Source: Candidatus Falkowbacteria bacterium (GTDB lineage: Bacteria > Patescibacteriota > Patescibacteriia > UBA11705 > JACRDX01). From it: a stretch of DNA of 64,000 nucleotides. The stretch's first letter is position 1; every line of letters starts with the position of its first letter. Made by a program: the position numbers and the translations under genes. The notes below the pieces were generated by a model. That model did no database searches, was not told where the DNA came from, and worked only from the letters and a program-made list of their open reading frames with translations. Shown here piece by piece: positions 39,898 to 50,163 of this stretch. The stretch lies in NCBI GenBank assembly GCA_043798985.1, contig JAZDOE010000003.1, forward strand, positions 7,917 through 71,916. Reading direction: 5' to 3'.

Positions 39898-40923
39898 ATG
39901 GAACAGAGCGCACAGAAGGCAGTTGTGTTGTCCGGTATCCGGGCAACAGGCAAGATGCACCTTGGAAACTACTTGGGAGCCATTCAGCATTTCGCGAGAC
40001 TTTCGCATGATCCGACGAAAAAGTGTTTCTATTTCATCGCGAATTTGCACACATTGACAACATGGACAAAGCCAGATGATCTTCGGAAGTATCTGGCAGG
40101 CATTGTGCTGGATTTTGTCGCGTGCGGCGTTGATCCGCAGACCGCGACGATTTACGCGCAGTCAAGCGTGCCAGAACTTGGCGAGCTTTGCTGGCTGTTG
40201 AACTGTTTGACTCCGGTTGGAGATTTGCTGGGAATGGGGCATTACAAGGACAAGCAGGAAGCAATGAAAGCGACTGGCGAAATGGTCAGTTCTGGATTGT
40301 TGATCTATCCTGTGCTGATGGCCGCTGACATTCTTGGTCCAAAGGCGAATTTGGTGCCAGTTGGGCAGGATCAGCACGCGCATGTGGAATTGGCGCGCGA
40401 TATCGCGCGCAGATTCAATCGGCTGTATTGCGAAGGATTCTTTCCGATTCCAGATTTGCTGGAAGGGCCGGGTCTTCGCGTGCCCGGGCTTGGCGCGTCT
40501 GGCAAAATGGGCAAGAGCGATGACCAGAGCGGAGTTATCAACTTGGACGATGCTCCGGATGTCGTCACACGCAAATTTTTGGTGGCAGTCACTGACACTG
40601 CGAGACAGCGTCGCAAGGATCCGGGAAATCCGGAGAATTGCAACATTTTCACGTTCCATCATTTGATCAGCACGCCCGACGAAATCGTGTGGGCGCAGAA
40701 TGGCTGTATGAACGCTGGTATCGGTTGTCACGATTGCAAGCTGGTCGTGGCTGGACATGTAAATGATTTGCTCGCTCCGATCCAGCAGAAACGCAAGGAA
40801 CTGGAGCAATTGGGAGAATCGTTTGTGTGGGATTTGCTGGCAGACGGAGGCGCTTTTGCGCGCAATGTCGTTGGCAAAACCGTTGAGATAGTGAAAGAGA
40901 AAATGGGCGTTCCTGCCTATTAG
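39898..40923 (+). CDS. trpS: tryptophanyl-tRNA synthetase (class I aaRS, TrpS-like; GC-rich cassette gene 2)
   Basis: 'GKMHLGNYLGAI' HIGH-region variant typical of TrpS, 'KMGKSD' KMSKS variant, 341 aa. Confidence 0.8.
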   Translation: MEQSAQKAVVLSGIRATGKMHLGNYLGAIQHFARLSHDPTKKCFYFIANLHTLTTWTKPDDLRKYLAGIVLDFVACGVDPQTATIYAQSSVPELGELCWLLNCLTPVGDLLGMGHYKDKQEAMKATGEMVSSGLLIYPVLMAADILGPKANLVPVGQDQHAHVELARDIARRFNRLYCEGFFPIPDLLEGPGLRVPGLGASGKMGKSDDQSGVINLDDAPDVVTRKFLVAVTDTARQRRKDPGNPENCNIFTFHHLISTPDEIVWAQNGCMNAGIGCHDCKLVVAGHVNDLLAPIQQKRKELEQLGESFVWDLLADGGAFARNVVGKTVEIVKEKMGVPAY

Positions 40924-40956
40924 ATTAACTGACAAGCGGAACAATGGAGGTGTGTC

Positions 40957-42417
40957 ATGAAAAGAGGCGTGGATGATGGATGGCGATGGCCCAAGGCAGG
41001 GTTTGGCAGCGATGAGCTGAAGAAAGTGCTTGAGGAAATTGATAGCATCGGTTCGCTTTACGAACGGGAAAAGCCCCCGATGTGCTATCCGGGTACGAAC
41101 TTGGAATACCTTGCGTTTCATGAAGTGTATAGAGTTGTCGGCAGGTTGCTTGCGAAGCAGATTAATCAGATTGGATGTCACACGCAGGGCAAGTTGAGCG
41201 AGGGCGGTTTTAAGCGGGCGCAGGAGATGGAAAAAGAGGTTATCGGTTGGATTGCTTCTGTCCTTGGCGGAATGCCTGATACGGTTGACGGGTACTTCTG
41301 CGGAGGCGGGACTGAAGCGAACATTCAGGGATTGTGGATTGGTCGCGAATGGGTGCGCAAGGCACATCCGATTTCCAGAGAAGAGCTTGAACTTGGTATC
41401 AAGCCTGGCATTGTCGTGTTTACGACGCCATTGCTTCACTATTCGTTGGTCAAGGCAGTTGAATTGCTTGGCATTGGCCAGCATACGCGCAACAGAGATG
41501 TTGGAACGCAGGAATTCATGTTTGACCCGAGCGGAAGCGGACTTTGCTTTGTTGAAATGGACGACAGAGGACAGATGTCGATGCCCGCGTTGAAAGATGC
41601 GTTTGAGGAGAAGTTTTTGCATGGATACCGACGTTTCATCTTCGCGCCTACGGTCGGCACTTGCTTGATGGGATCCATTGATCCTGTCCCGGAAATCGCA
41701 AGATTCATCGCTGATCGTGAGCGAGATACGGACGCTGGTTTGTACTTGCACATTGACGCGAGCTTCGCGGCATATACGGTGCCGTTCTTGAATCCAGACT
41801 TCAGGTTTGGATTTGACGTTCTGGCAGACCAGCCTGAGCGTTTGAAAGGAATGTCCATGACGGTTGACGCGGACAAAATGGGTGGTCTGCCGTATCCGTC
41901 TGGCGTTTTCCTGTGTAGGAAGGGGCTGATGGATTTTGTGAATCGCCACGCAGACTACGTCAATGGACATCGGGACGATACGGTCTCTGGGTCGCGGTCT
42001 GCGCTTGCGCCGGTCATGGCGTGGTACTTGTATCAAAGGTTCGGCTATGACGGTCACAAGGAATACGTGGCAAACTGCATCAGGCGCAGAGATTACTTGG
42101 TGCAGCTTGTCAAAGTCCAGTTGCCGTGGGTCAAGGTTCTGCCGTGCTCGCCGTTGGTGAATTTCGCGCCCATGGAGATCCCGATTGATCCTGTGAAGGG
42201 AGACATTCCGGAGCAAGTGTTGGGCGGTGAGTTGCTGAAGGATTATGAGTTGCGTTCCGGCAAACTGCCGTTGCGAGCTGATAATCCAAATGGTGAGCAC
42301 AGCACTGTTTATAAGATCTGCGTCATGCCGCATCATTCGCGGGAGCAGTTGGAGCAGTTCGTGAGGGATATTGCCGAGGCGCGCAGGGCAGAGATTGCAA
42401 GGACTCATGTGGTGTAG
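40957..42417 (+). CDS. group II PLP-dependent amino-acid decarboxylase (MfnA/tyrosine-decarboxylase-like)
   Basis: 'GGTEANIQGLW', 'HIDASFAAY', PLP-lysine region 'SMTVDADKMGGLPYPSGVFLCRKG' (D in place of the usual H before the Lys). Confidence 0.75.
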   Translation: MKRGVDDGWRWPKAGFGSDELKKVLEEIDSIGSLYEREKPPMCYPGTNLEYLAFHEVYRVVGRLLAKQINQIGCHTQGKLSEGGFKRAQEMEKEVIGWIASVLGGMPDTVDGYFCGGGTEANIQGLWIGREWVRKAHPISREELELGIKPGIVVFTTPLLHYSLVKAVELLGIGQHTRNRDVGTQEFMFDPSGSGLCFVEMDDRGQMSMPALKDAFEEKFLHGYRRFIFAPTVGTCLMGSIDPVPEIARFIADRERDTDAGLYLHIDASFAAYTVPFLNPDFRFGFDVLADQPERLKGMSMTVDADKMGGLPYPSGVFLCRKGLMDFVNRHADYVNGHRDDTVSGSRSALAPVMAWYLYQRFGYDGHKEYVANCIRRRDYLVQLVKVQLPWVKVLPCSPLVNFAPMEIPIDPVKGDIPEQVLGGELLKDYELRSGKLPLRADNPNGEHSTVYKICVMPHHSREQLEQFVRDIAEARRAEIARTHVV

Positions 42418-42536
42418 CGCTTGAGTATTCCGTCGTTGTTAAAAACAGCGGCGGATTTTTTGTTTTACAATAATTATCAAGCGTGAGATGATAAAAAAAG
42501 CAAGAGTAGCTGGTAGCTTGTAGATGTAAGAGAAAT

Positions 42537-43566
42537 ATGAAGAAACAAAGTTTCAAATTGGATTTGAACGAGAATGTTGCGGATATTTATTATCCGAGCT
42601 TGTTGAAGTTGCAAAAAAGATTGAGCGATGTTCAATTTTACGCGAGAGCAAATGATGAAATCACAGTAAAACGGGTGATAGCAAAATACAATAAAATTTC
42701 AGCTGAAAATATCGTTTTGACAAACGGTTCGTATCACGCGCTTGAGTTGCTGTCCGGTTTTTTGCTTGACAAAAACGATGAGATGATAATTTTGGCGCCG
42801 ACATTTCCGTTTTACGATAAGTTTGAAAAATATAAAAAGTTTAAAATAAAAAAAGTTTTTTATCGCGCCGCGACGATTGCAATTGATGAAATAATTGGGG
42901 CGATTACTAACAAAACCAAAATTGTTTATATTGCGAATCCGAATAATCCAATCGGTTCAAGTTTGTCGCGGCGCGAGTTGTTAAAACTTATTAAAATTTG
43001 CGAGAAGAAGAAAATTTTCGCATTGATAGATGAAGCATATTGCGAATTTGGAGGAGAATCAGTTGTAGATTTGGTTGATAAATATAAATATTTAATTGTT
43101 TTACGGACATTTTCAAAATTTTTAGGACTTGCGGGCATTAAAGTTGGATATATTGTTGTGAATTCGGCCCGCGCACAAGAATTTGAATTTGTGCGCGGGC
43201 CGTCGTTTGCGATTAGCAAATTTGGATTGATTGTTGCTGAAACAATTTTGCGCAACCCTAAATTAATTAAAAAAATTCAAAAAAGAAATAGATGCGACTA
43301 GAAAAGTTTTTTTTGCGTATTGTTTGAAAAAGAAAATTTTCTTTTATCCTTCTGTAACAAACTTTGTTGTTATTAAGTTGGAACGCATGCAGAAGTTTGT
43401 TGACTTCATGAACAAAAACGGAATCTTAGTTAAGTCGCTGGATAATTATATTGATGATAAAAACAAGGTGTTGAAAAATTGCGTTCGCGTGACGTTGGCG
43501 CCAATGAGCAAAATGAAATATTTTTTTGCGGCGTTTGACAGATTTTTGGCAGATCAAGACATTTGA
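42537..43566 (+). pseudogene. class-II aminotransferase (HisC-like), split into 42537-43301 and 43324-43566
   Basis: N-terminal part 'NPNNPIGS...FSKFLGLAGIKVGY' (PLP Lys region); the C-terminal remainder is in a different frame after stop codons; low-GC backbone composition. Confidence 0.5.
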
Positions 43567-43657
43567 CAGCGGGGTCGCTATTTGCTAACTTGTGAAGTTA
43601 GTGTGTATTGGACGTGGCGTCTTTCGTATAACGAACATTGACAACGTGGAGGCTGCC

Positions 43658-44617
43658 ATGAAACAGAATGAAGAAACGACTGATGAAAGAAAAAGCGCTG
43701 TTAAGGCTTATGCGTTGGCAGTTCTTGGAGTAGTATGCGCCGCGCTTGGGCCTGTTCTTTTTCAGCGACTATCAACGGACTTTCCCGCTATCTGGGTGAT
43801 ATTCTGGTTTCTCTTGTCAGGCGGAGGTTTTTCTTTGATCGCCGGCGCGATAATTCTGCGTTTGAAGGGGCAGCGCGGTTTGGGTACGCTCAATGGCAAG
43901 ATAATCGCCATGCTAGCGCTTGTTGGCTTGACATGGACGCTCTACTTTTACCTCTATGTTTTTGCTATTAGTATTAAGGGTGCAACAGAGGCAAGTGTTT
44001 TGACGCGCGTCGGGCCGTTGTTTAATGTGATTTTCGCGGCCGCGATTCTGAAAGAAAAAGTCAAAAGTTGGGCGCGCGTGTTCTTAGCAGCTATAATTTG
44101 TGTTGTTGGTCTATCAGTATCAACTGGCGAGTTCGTTCAAAGCTTGACCGCTGGAGTTTCGCTATGCCTTGTCGTGGGGGTAATGGCAGGCATGTTTGGA
44201 GCATTGAACTACGCGCTATTAACACGGGAAGAGCGGCGCAATCAGGTCGATCCATTGATTGCCGTTGGTATATCAATGTGTTTTGGCGCAGCGATTTTGT
44301 TGATGTGGCTGTTTGTTGGAGAGCACAATAGCAACATTGTCTTTCCAGTAAATAGAGAGCAATGGCTGAGCATTGGTGTCCTTGGCATAGTGACGGTAGC
44401 CATGTGGCGGTATTGTTTCGTCCTTGCCGCAACGGCAAGCAAAATGAGCAAAATCGGCATGGTTGAATATCTGATTCCGATCTTTGTCGCGATCTATGCT
44501 TGGCTGATTAGTAACCAAACAGCAGATTATGCCAGCATGGGGGGCGGGCTCGCGATCATTATCATAGGGCTACTTATAGCAGATGCCAGCGTTGAAAAGA
44601 AAAAAGAATCGAGCTGA
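43658..44617 (+). CDS. EamA/DMT-superfamily transporter (10 TM), GC-rich
   Basis: Two EamA-like halves; GGAGGC RBS before MKQNEETTD. Confidence 0.65.
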   Translation: MKQNEETTDERKSAVKAYALAVLGVVCAALGPVLFQRLSTDFPAIWVIFWFLLSGGGFSLIAGAIILRLKGQRGLGTLNGKIIAMLALVGLTWTLYFYLYVFAISIKGATEASVLTRVGPLFNVIFAAAILKEKVKSWARVFLAAIICVVGLSVSTGEFVQSLTAGVSLCLVVGVMAGMFGALNYALLTREERRNQVDPLIAVGISMCFGAAILLMWLFVGEHNSNIVFPVNREQWLSIGVLGIVTVAMWRYCFVLAATASKMSKIGMVEYLIPIFVAIYAWLISNQTADYASMGGGLAIIIIGLLIADASVEKKKESS

Positions 44618-44948
44618 GAGGCAGGATAGTTCTGCTGTCAGGAGGATGTAAACAACATCTTCCTTTTTAATTCTTGACATAGATAAAATATTTGCTATAC
44701 TAACAATATATGAACAGTATTGATTGCAGAATGGTTTTGAATTATTGGTGGCACAACAAGACTTCGTCGTAAAGTTCGGATTTATTTTTTGCTCATTTGA
44801 GACTTCCGAATTTTACGAGGAAGTCTTTTTAAATTTACGTTGACGCTTGCATGTTTTGTAAATTTGTTATAAAGTATGCGGTCGCTAGCGGAAATTGTAC
44901 AGGGTGTCATTTTCGCTATGAACATTGATATTGATAAGGGGGCGTGTC

Positions 44949-45536
44949 ATGAAGATTGAGCGTGGAGTTCCGAGTCAGGCAAAAGCAGTTGAACTGGTTT
45001 CTCGCGGGTTTGTCCAACCCGTTTCACAGGCATTGATCGCCGATACGAGAGACCATTTGCACGCAGGTGATTTTGTGTATTCTGCAACGGCTGATGACCG
45101 GTTGGTAGGTTTTGCGGTTTTCGATGAGCTGCCCAGCAAGCTACTGTTCGTTGCGGGGATCATGATTGATCCTGCCCATCAAGGCGAAAAGGTTGGACGC
45201 CAGATGATTCTGAAAGCAAAGGATCAGGTCAGTGCCGAGTTTCTCGGGCTTCGCACGCAGTCGCCGAGAATGTGGTCTGCTGGGCGCAGCATTTGCGCGG
45301 AGTGGTATCCGAATTTTGACAATGGGGTTTTGCGGTTCAGGCTTCAGGCGCAGGCGGAACTTATCCGCGCGCGACTTGGTCCGAAGTACGAGTACCCTGT
45401 TGTTGAAAGCTGCTACGGCGGCGCGTTGTATGGCGAAAAGCCGACACATCGCGAGCCTAGTGTTCAGTCGTGGTGGGACAGCATCTGCAATTTCGCGCGC
45501 GGAGATGCGGTGTTGTGTATTGGTAAGTTTCGCTGA
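44949..45536 (+). CDS. GNAT-family N-acetyltransferase, GC-rich
   Basis: 'LVGFAVFDELPSKLLFVAGIMIDPAHQGEKVGRQMI' acetyl-CoA binding motif; TTGACA-17-TATACT promoter at ~44675-44705. Confidence 0.6.
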   Translation: MKIERGVPSQAKAVELVSRGFVQPVSQALIADTRDHLHAGDFVYSATADDRLVGFAVFDELPSKLLFVAGIMIDPAHQGEKVGRQMILKAKDQVSAEFLGLRTQSPRMWSAGRSICAEWYPNFDNGVLRFRLQAQAELIRARLGPKYEYPVVESCYGGALYGEKPTHREPSVQSWWDSICNFARGDAVLCIGKFR

Positions 45537-45595
45537 TACAATGGGGGTAGGTGCAAAGCATCTGCCCTCGATTTTTTAAAAATAGTTTTTAAAAT

Positions 45596-46744
45596 ATGAT
45601 TAATAAACAACGTTTGATTAAATTGTTTTGTGAATTAGTGAAAATAAAAAGTCCAACCGGTAGCGAAGAACAAATCAGCCGACGAGTTATTTTTTACTTG
45701 AAAAAGTTCGGCGCAAAAGTTCAGCGAGATAAATTCGGCAATATTGTTGCGAAGTTGGTTGGAACTGGCAAGCCGTTAATTCTGTGCGCACATTTGGATA
45801 CTGTCGCTGTGGGCGCTGGAAAAAATATTAGGCCGATTATTAAAAAAGGAAAAATTTTTAGCGATGGAAAAACAATTCTCGGCGCTGATAATAAAGATTC
45901 GATCGCGGCAATTTTAGAGATGTTGAATGTTATTAAAGAAAATAAAATAAAACATTGCCCCGCCGCAGCGAGGCACCGCGCGCTGGAAATTGTTTTCACG
46001 CGAGAAGAAGAGGCGATTTCTCGCGGCGCGCGGTCATTGGATTTAAGTTTGTTGAAAGGCAAAGAATGTATAATTTCCGATCATTGCAATGAATATGGAA
46101 CAATTGTGACATCTGCTCCGGGCTGCTATAAATTTGAAATCAAAATTTTTGGCAAACGATGTCATGTTAAGGAGCCGGAAAAAGGAATTAACGCTATAAA
46201 AATCGCGGCAGAAATAATCAGAAAAATTCCGCTCGGCAAAGTTGATAATTTTACAAACGCGAATATTGGTTATCAAATCGCTGGATTAGATGGCGTTGTA
46301 AATAAGGCAGGCGCGGTCATTGACCAGTTGTTTAATGAGAATCGCAACACTGTTCCTGATTTGGCGATTCTGTTGGGTGAAGTGCGCGGAGTAAGGTCGG
46401 AAAATTTGCAACGGGCTTTGTTGAAAATTCAAAAAATAGCGGAAAAAATCACTGCGCGATTTTGCGGTCGTATTGAGTTTTGCGCTGACAAATTAACAGA
46501 CGGCTATTGTTTGAAACAAAATAACAAATTGATTTTGCAAATTAAAAATACTTTTAAGAAGCAGGGCATTGAACCGCAGTTTTGCCAAGCGCTCGGCGGA
46601 TCTGACGCGAATATCTTGAATAATCGCGGAATACGATCGGTTGTTATTGCTTCAGCGCACAGAAACAATCACCAAACTTATGAATATTTGATAATCAAAG
46701 ACTTGGAGCGGCTCGCAGAATTTTATTTGTTATTTGTTCAATGA
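45596..46744 (+). CDS. M20-family metallopeptidase/deacylase (ArgE/DapE/PepT-like)
   Basis: 'ILCAHLDTV' and 'GADNKDSIAA' metal-binding motifs. Confidence 0.65.
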   Translation: MINKQRLIKLFCELVKIKSPTGSEEQISRRVIFYLKKFGAKVQRDKFGNIVAKLVGTGKPLILCAHLDTVAVGAGKNIRPIIKKGKIFSDGKTILGADNKDSIAAILEMLNVIKENKIKHCPAAARHRALEIVFTREEEAISRGARSLDLSLLKGKECIISDHCNEYGTIVTSAPGCYKFEIKIFGKRCHVKEPEKGINAIKIAAEIIRKIPLGKVDNFTNANIGYQIAGLDGVVNKAGAVIDQLFNENRNTVPDLAILLGEVRGVRSENLQRALLKIQKIAEKITARFCGRIEFCADKLTDGYCLKQNNKLILQIKNTFKKQGIEPQFCQALGGSDANILNNRGIRSVVIASAHRNNHQTYEYLIIKDLERLAEFYLLFVQ

Positions 46745-46781
46745 AAAAAAAGAGGTCAGTTTCGTTGAAACTGACCGGAAG

Positions 46782-46854
46782 TGCCGGCGACAGGGTTTGA
46801 ACCTGCAACCAACGGTTTTGGAGACCGTCGCTCCGCCATTTGAGCTACGCCGGC
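46782..46854 (-). tRNA. tRNA-Trp (anticodon CCA)
   Basis: Reverse complement GCCGGCGTAGCTCAAATGGCGGAGCGACGGTCTCCAAAACCGTTGGTTGCAGGTTCAAACCCTGTCGCCGGCA; anticodon loop CTCCAAA. Confidence 0.8.
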
Positions 46855-47104
46855 ACTTCTTCGCCAAAAGATTGCCACAGGGGGTTGGCGTTCCATTCGG
46901 CGAAGAAGCCACAAAGGAGACAGCCATGAACAGTTTGAATTTAGCATAGTTTTAAAATTAAATCAAGAGCAATGGCTGGTTTTTGTGAAAAAACGCGCAA
47001 TTTTGCGCGTTTTTTGGTTTAGGATTTTGTTTATTTTTGGAAGTATGCTAATTTATTTATATGTACCTTAGGTTAAAAAATAACTAAGAAAAGCGGAGGC
47101 GAGC

Positions 47105-47776
47105 ATGGACGCGAAAAAACTGTTTGCCAGGCTTGATGCTGATACATGGTTCTTTGACTTGGACGGAACATTGTATTCAGCAATGAATAAAATCAGCCAA
47201 GTATTTAAGGCAAAATACTTGGAATTGGTGATGGCGGTTTATGGTCTTGATTTGGCAAAAGCCGAGCAAAAACTTATTGAACTTCAGTTCAAACACAAGA
47301 CGCGTTTGATGCGTCCGGCGCTTGTCAGAGACGGCGTGCCAATAGGGATTATTTCAAGCTTTACGGCCTTTAGAATTGACGCGAAAAAGCTTGGAATCGC
47401 GTTGCCACGAAAGCGGCGAGAGAATCTGTTGGCTGCCGTGGGAGAGCGCATTGTGCTGACCAATAGCCCTGAATCTTACGCTTGGCAAATGTTAAGCGCG
47501 CTTGGCGTGGGAGATCTGTTTGCGCAGGTGATTGGCGCGGAAAGCATGGACAATGGCCGTGTTTTCAAACCAGAATGCGGAGCATATAACGCGCTCATCG
47601 TTGCGCTGGGAAATGGACGACGAGTCGTGTTGGTTGATGATGAGGAACCAAATCTGGACGCGGCCGTTGAAATCAGCCACGCGATTGGCAATGTCGCGGT
47701 AAGCAATCTCGTGACAATTCTTGTTGGAAATAAGCCGAAATCATCAACGCATTTGAACATCGCACATTTGGATTAA
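47105..47776 (+). CDS. HAD-superfamily hydrolase, GC-rich
   Basis: Motif I 'FFDLDGTLY', motif IV 'VLVDDEEPN'; ends at palindrome 47773-47803. Confidence 0.55.
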   Translation: MDAKKLFARLDADTWFFDLDGTLYSAMNKISQVFKAKYLELVMAVYGLDLAKAEQKLIELQFKHKTRLMRPALVRDGVPIGIISSFTAFRIDAKKLGIALPRKRRENLLAAVGERIVLTNSPESYAWQMLSALGVGDLFAQVIGAESMDNGRVFKPECGAYNALIVALGNGRRVVLVDDEEPNLDAAVEISHAIGNVAVSNLVTILVGNKPKSSTHLNIAHLD

Positions 47777-47803
47777 TAGAGACGTATTGCAATGTGTCTC
47801 TAC
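47773..47803. repeat. imperfect palindrome atagagacgtattgcaatgtgtctctacc (GTAGAGAC family)
   Basis: Family member with two spacer mismatches. Confidence 0.5.
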
Positions 47804-47974
47804 CTTTGTGGAGCAGGTTGAATCAACTTTGCTCCATTTTTTTATTTTTCGTGATATAATCGTAATATGGCTACGAATTGTGGCTACGAACCTACGAATC
47901 ATTCGAATATTACGAATCTACTAATTAATTAGTAATTGGTAGTATTCGCAGTGATTTGTAATTGGTAGCAGTAT

Positions 47975-48292
47975 ATGAATTTTGATAAAGAACAAATTGA
48001 ACATTTGGCAAAATTGGCGCGGCTTGAAATTACGACAGCCGAAAAAGAAAAGTACGCAGAGCAGATTGCTTCAATTATTGATTATTTTGGAAAGTTGAAC
48101 GCAATTGACATGAAAAATGTTGAGCCATTGGATTTTATTACAGAATTGAAAAATGTTTGGCGCGAAGACGAGGCCGCGCAATTTTTTGATAAAGAAAAAA
48201 CGCTGGCCGCTTGCCCGCGGACGCGGGACGCGGCCAGGGAAGCGCCGGAGTTGAAAGACGACCAAATTGTTGTGCCTAATATATGGATTTGA
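47975..48292 (+). CDS. gatC: Asp/Glu-tRNA amidotransferase subunit C
   Basis: 'IEHLAKLARLEITTAEKEKYAEQIASIIDYFGKLNAIDMKNVEP'; overlaps the gatA start. Confidence 0.8.
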   Translation: MNFDKEQIEHLAKLARLEITTAEKEKYAEQIASIIDYFGKLNAIDMKNVEPLDFITELKNVWREDEAAQFFDKEKTLAACPRTRDAAREAPELKDDQIVVPNIWI

Positions 48293-49707
48293 CAAGGATG
48301 ACAATCAAGCAAGCGCATTATGGCTTGGAAAACAAGGATTTCACCTGCTTGGAATTGGTGGACGGTTTTTTGCGAAAAATAAAAAAGCGCAATAAAAATA
48401 TAAACGCGTTTATTACGATTGACGAGGATGGCGCATTACAAGCCGCTGAAAATGTTGACGCGAAAATTCGGCATGGCCAGCCAGTCGGTTTGTTGGAAGG
48501 TGTTCCTGTCGCGATTAAAGATAATATTTTAGTAAAAGGATTAAAAGCAACCGCCGGCTCAAAAATTTTGGAATATTATGTCGCGCCATATGACGCCACT
48601 GCGATTGAACGGCTGAAAAAAGCTGGCGTAATTATCTTGGGCAAAACCAATATGGACGAATTCGCCTTAGGCGGATCAGGCGAATCGTCGTATTTTGGCG
48701 CGACCAAAAATCCTTGCGATGAAAAACGCGTGCCCGGCGGTTCGTCGTCCGGGTCAGCCGCGGCTGTCGCTGATTTTCAATGCGTCGCAGGGCTTGGTTC
48801 TGACACCGGCGGATCTGTGCGCCAGCCGGCTGGTTTTTGCGGGGTCACGGGATTAAAGCCGACTTATGGTAGGGTGTCGCGCCACGGTTTGATAGCAATG
48901 GCATCCAGTTTTGATCAAATCGGACCAATCGCGCGCAATGTTGAAGATGCTGAAATTTTGTTTAATGAAATTTCAGGCACTGACAACTTTGATTCAACGG
49001 TAAATGATTTTTCAAAAAAGATAAAAAAGAAAAATGAAATAACTATTGGTGTTCCGAAAGAATATTTTGTCGCAGGAATGGATGTTGAGGTTGAACAAAA
49101 AATCAAAGAAGCCATCGCGGTGATGAAAGAATCTGGTTTTAATATTAAAGAAATCAGTTTACCGCATGCTGATTTGGCATTGGCTGTTTATTATATTTTG
49201 ATGCCGGCCGAAGTGTCGTCAAATCTGGCGCGATTTGACGGGGTAAAATATGGTTTTCGCGCAGAGGCCGGCAATTTATTGGAACAATATTTGTGGACGC
49301 GTTCTATTGGTTTTGGCGATGAAGCAAAGCGCCGAATAATGCTTGGCACATTTGTTTTGTCCGCCGGTTATCAGGATGCTTATTACAAAAAAGCGCAAAA
49401 GGCGCGGCGTCTGATTAAAAATGATTTTGACGCCGCGTTTAAAGAAGTTGACGCGATTTTGACGCCGACAAGTCCGACGCCAGCGTTTAAACTTGGTGAA
49501 AAATTTAATGATCCATTGACAATGTATTTGGCAGATATTTTTACTGTTTCCGCGAACGTGGCAGGCATTCCGGCAATGAGCATTCCAGCCGGAAAAACAA
49601 AAGCAGGATTGCCAATTGGATTGCAAATAATGGCAAACTATTTTAACGAAGATTTGATTTTTTCCATAGCGAAAAAGTTTGAGCGGGAAAACGGTTATGT
49701 CAATTAA
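48283..49707 (+). CDS. gatA: Asp/Glu-tRNA amidotransferase subunit A
   Basis: Amidase signature 'GGSSSGSAAAVA', 474 aa. Confidence 0.9.
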   Translation: MDLTRMTIKQAHYGLENKDFTCLELVDGFLRKIKKRNKNINAFITIDEDGALQAAENVDAKIRHGQPVGLLEGVPVAIKDNILVKGLKATAGSKILEYYVAPYDATAIERLKKAGVIILGKTNMDEFALGGSGESSYFGATKNPCDEKRVPGGSSSGSAAAVADFQCVAGLGSDTGGSVRQPAGFCGVTGLKPTYGRVSRHGLIAMASSFDQIGPIARNVEDAEILFNEISGTDNFDSTVNDFSKKIKKKNEITIGVPKEYFVAGMDVEVEQKIKEAIAVMKESGFNIKEISLPHADLALAVYYILMPAEVSSNLARFDGVKYGFRAEAGNLLEQYLWTRSIGFGDEAKRRIMLGTFVLSAGYQDAYYKKAQKARRLIKNDFDAAFKEVDAILTPTSPTPAFKLGEKFNDPLTMYLADIFTVSANVAGIPAMSIPAGKTKAGLPIGLQIMANYFNEDLIFSIAKKFERENGYVN

Positions 49708-50137
49708 TTGGGAGTTTCAAACAACTGATGTTGTAATCGCGATGGTTGTCATTGTCGCGGGATTTTTGCTTTATTTTTGGTTGCGCAAAATAAGCAGGCC
49801 AGAATTGGTTGGTATATCGCAAAAGGAAATTCAACGTCGTTGGAATGAGATTTGTGGCATGGTAAAAGTTAGAAAGGAAATGAATTATAAATTGGCAGTG
49901 ATTGAGGCGGACAAATTGCTGGATCATATTTTGAAGGCAATGAATTTTCAGGGTGACACAATGGGCGATCGGTTAAAATTGGCAATATACAGGTTTCCAA
50001 AGTTGCGCAAAGTCGTTTGGGCGCATCGCGTACGCAATCAAATTGTTCATGAAGTGAATTATAGTTTGCGGTATGGCGTGGCGCGATTGTTGTTGAAGTT
50101 ATACAAGAATGCGTTGAAACATTTGCGAGTGTTGTAG
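49679..50137 (+). CDS. hypothetical protein (N-terminal TM)
   Basis: ORF only; stop codon lies inside a gtagcttgtagc repeat. Confidence 0.3.
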   Translation: MSGKTVMSINWEFQTTDVVIAMVVIVAGFLLYFWLRKISRPELVGISQKEIQRRWNEICGMVKVRKEMNYKLAVIEADKLLDHILKAMNFQGDTMGDRLKLAIYRFPKLRKVVWAHRVRNQIVHEVNYSLRYGVARLLLKLYKNALKHLRVL

Positions 50138-50163
50138 CTTGTAGCTGGTAGCAGGGTAGCTTA

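Noticed and set aside
40162-42408. 748-aa ORF on the minus strand spanning the TrpS and decarboxylase genes
   Set aside because: No recognisable motifs. It lies antisense to two plus-strand genes with clear family signatures. Long stop-free antisense frames are expected in high-GC sequence.
46756-46947. Small ORFs overlapping tRNA-Trp
   Set aside because: tRNA-antisense artefacts (…PLVAGSNPVAG…).
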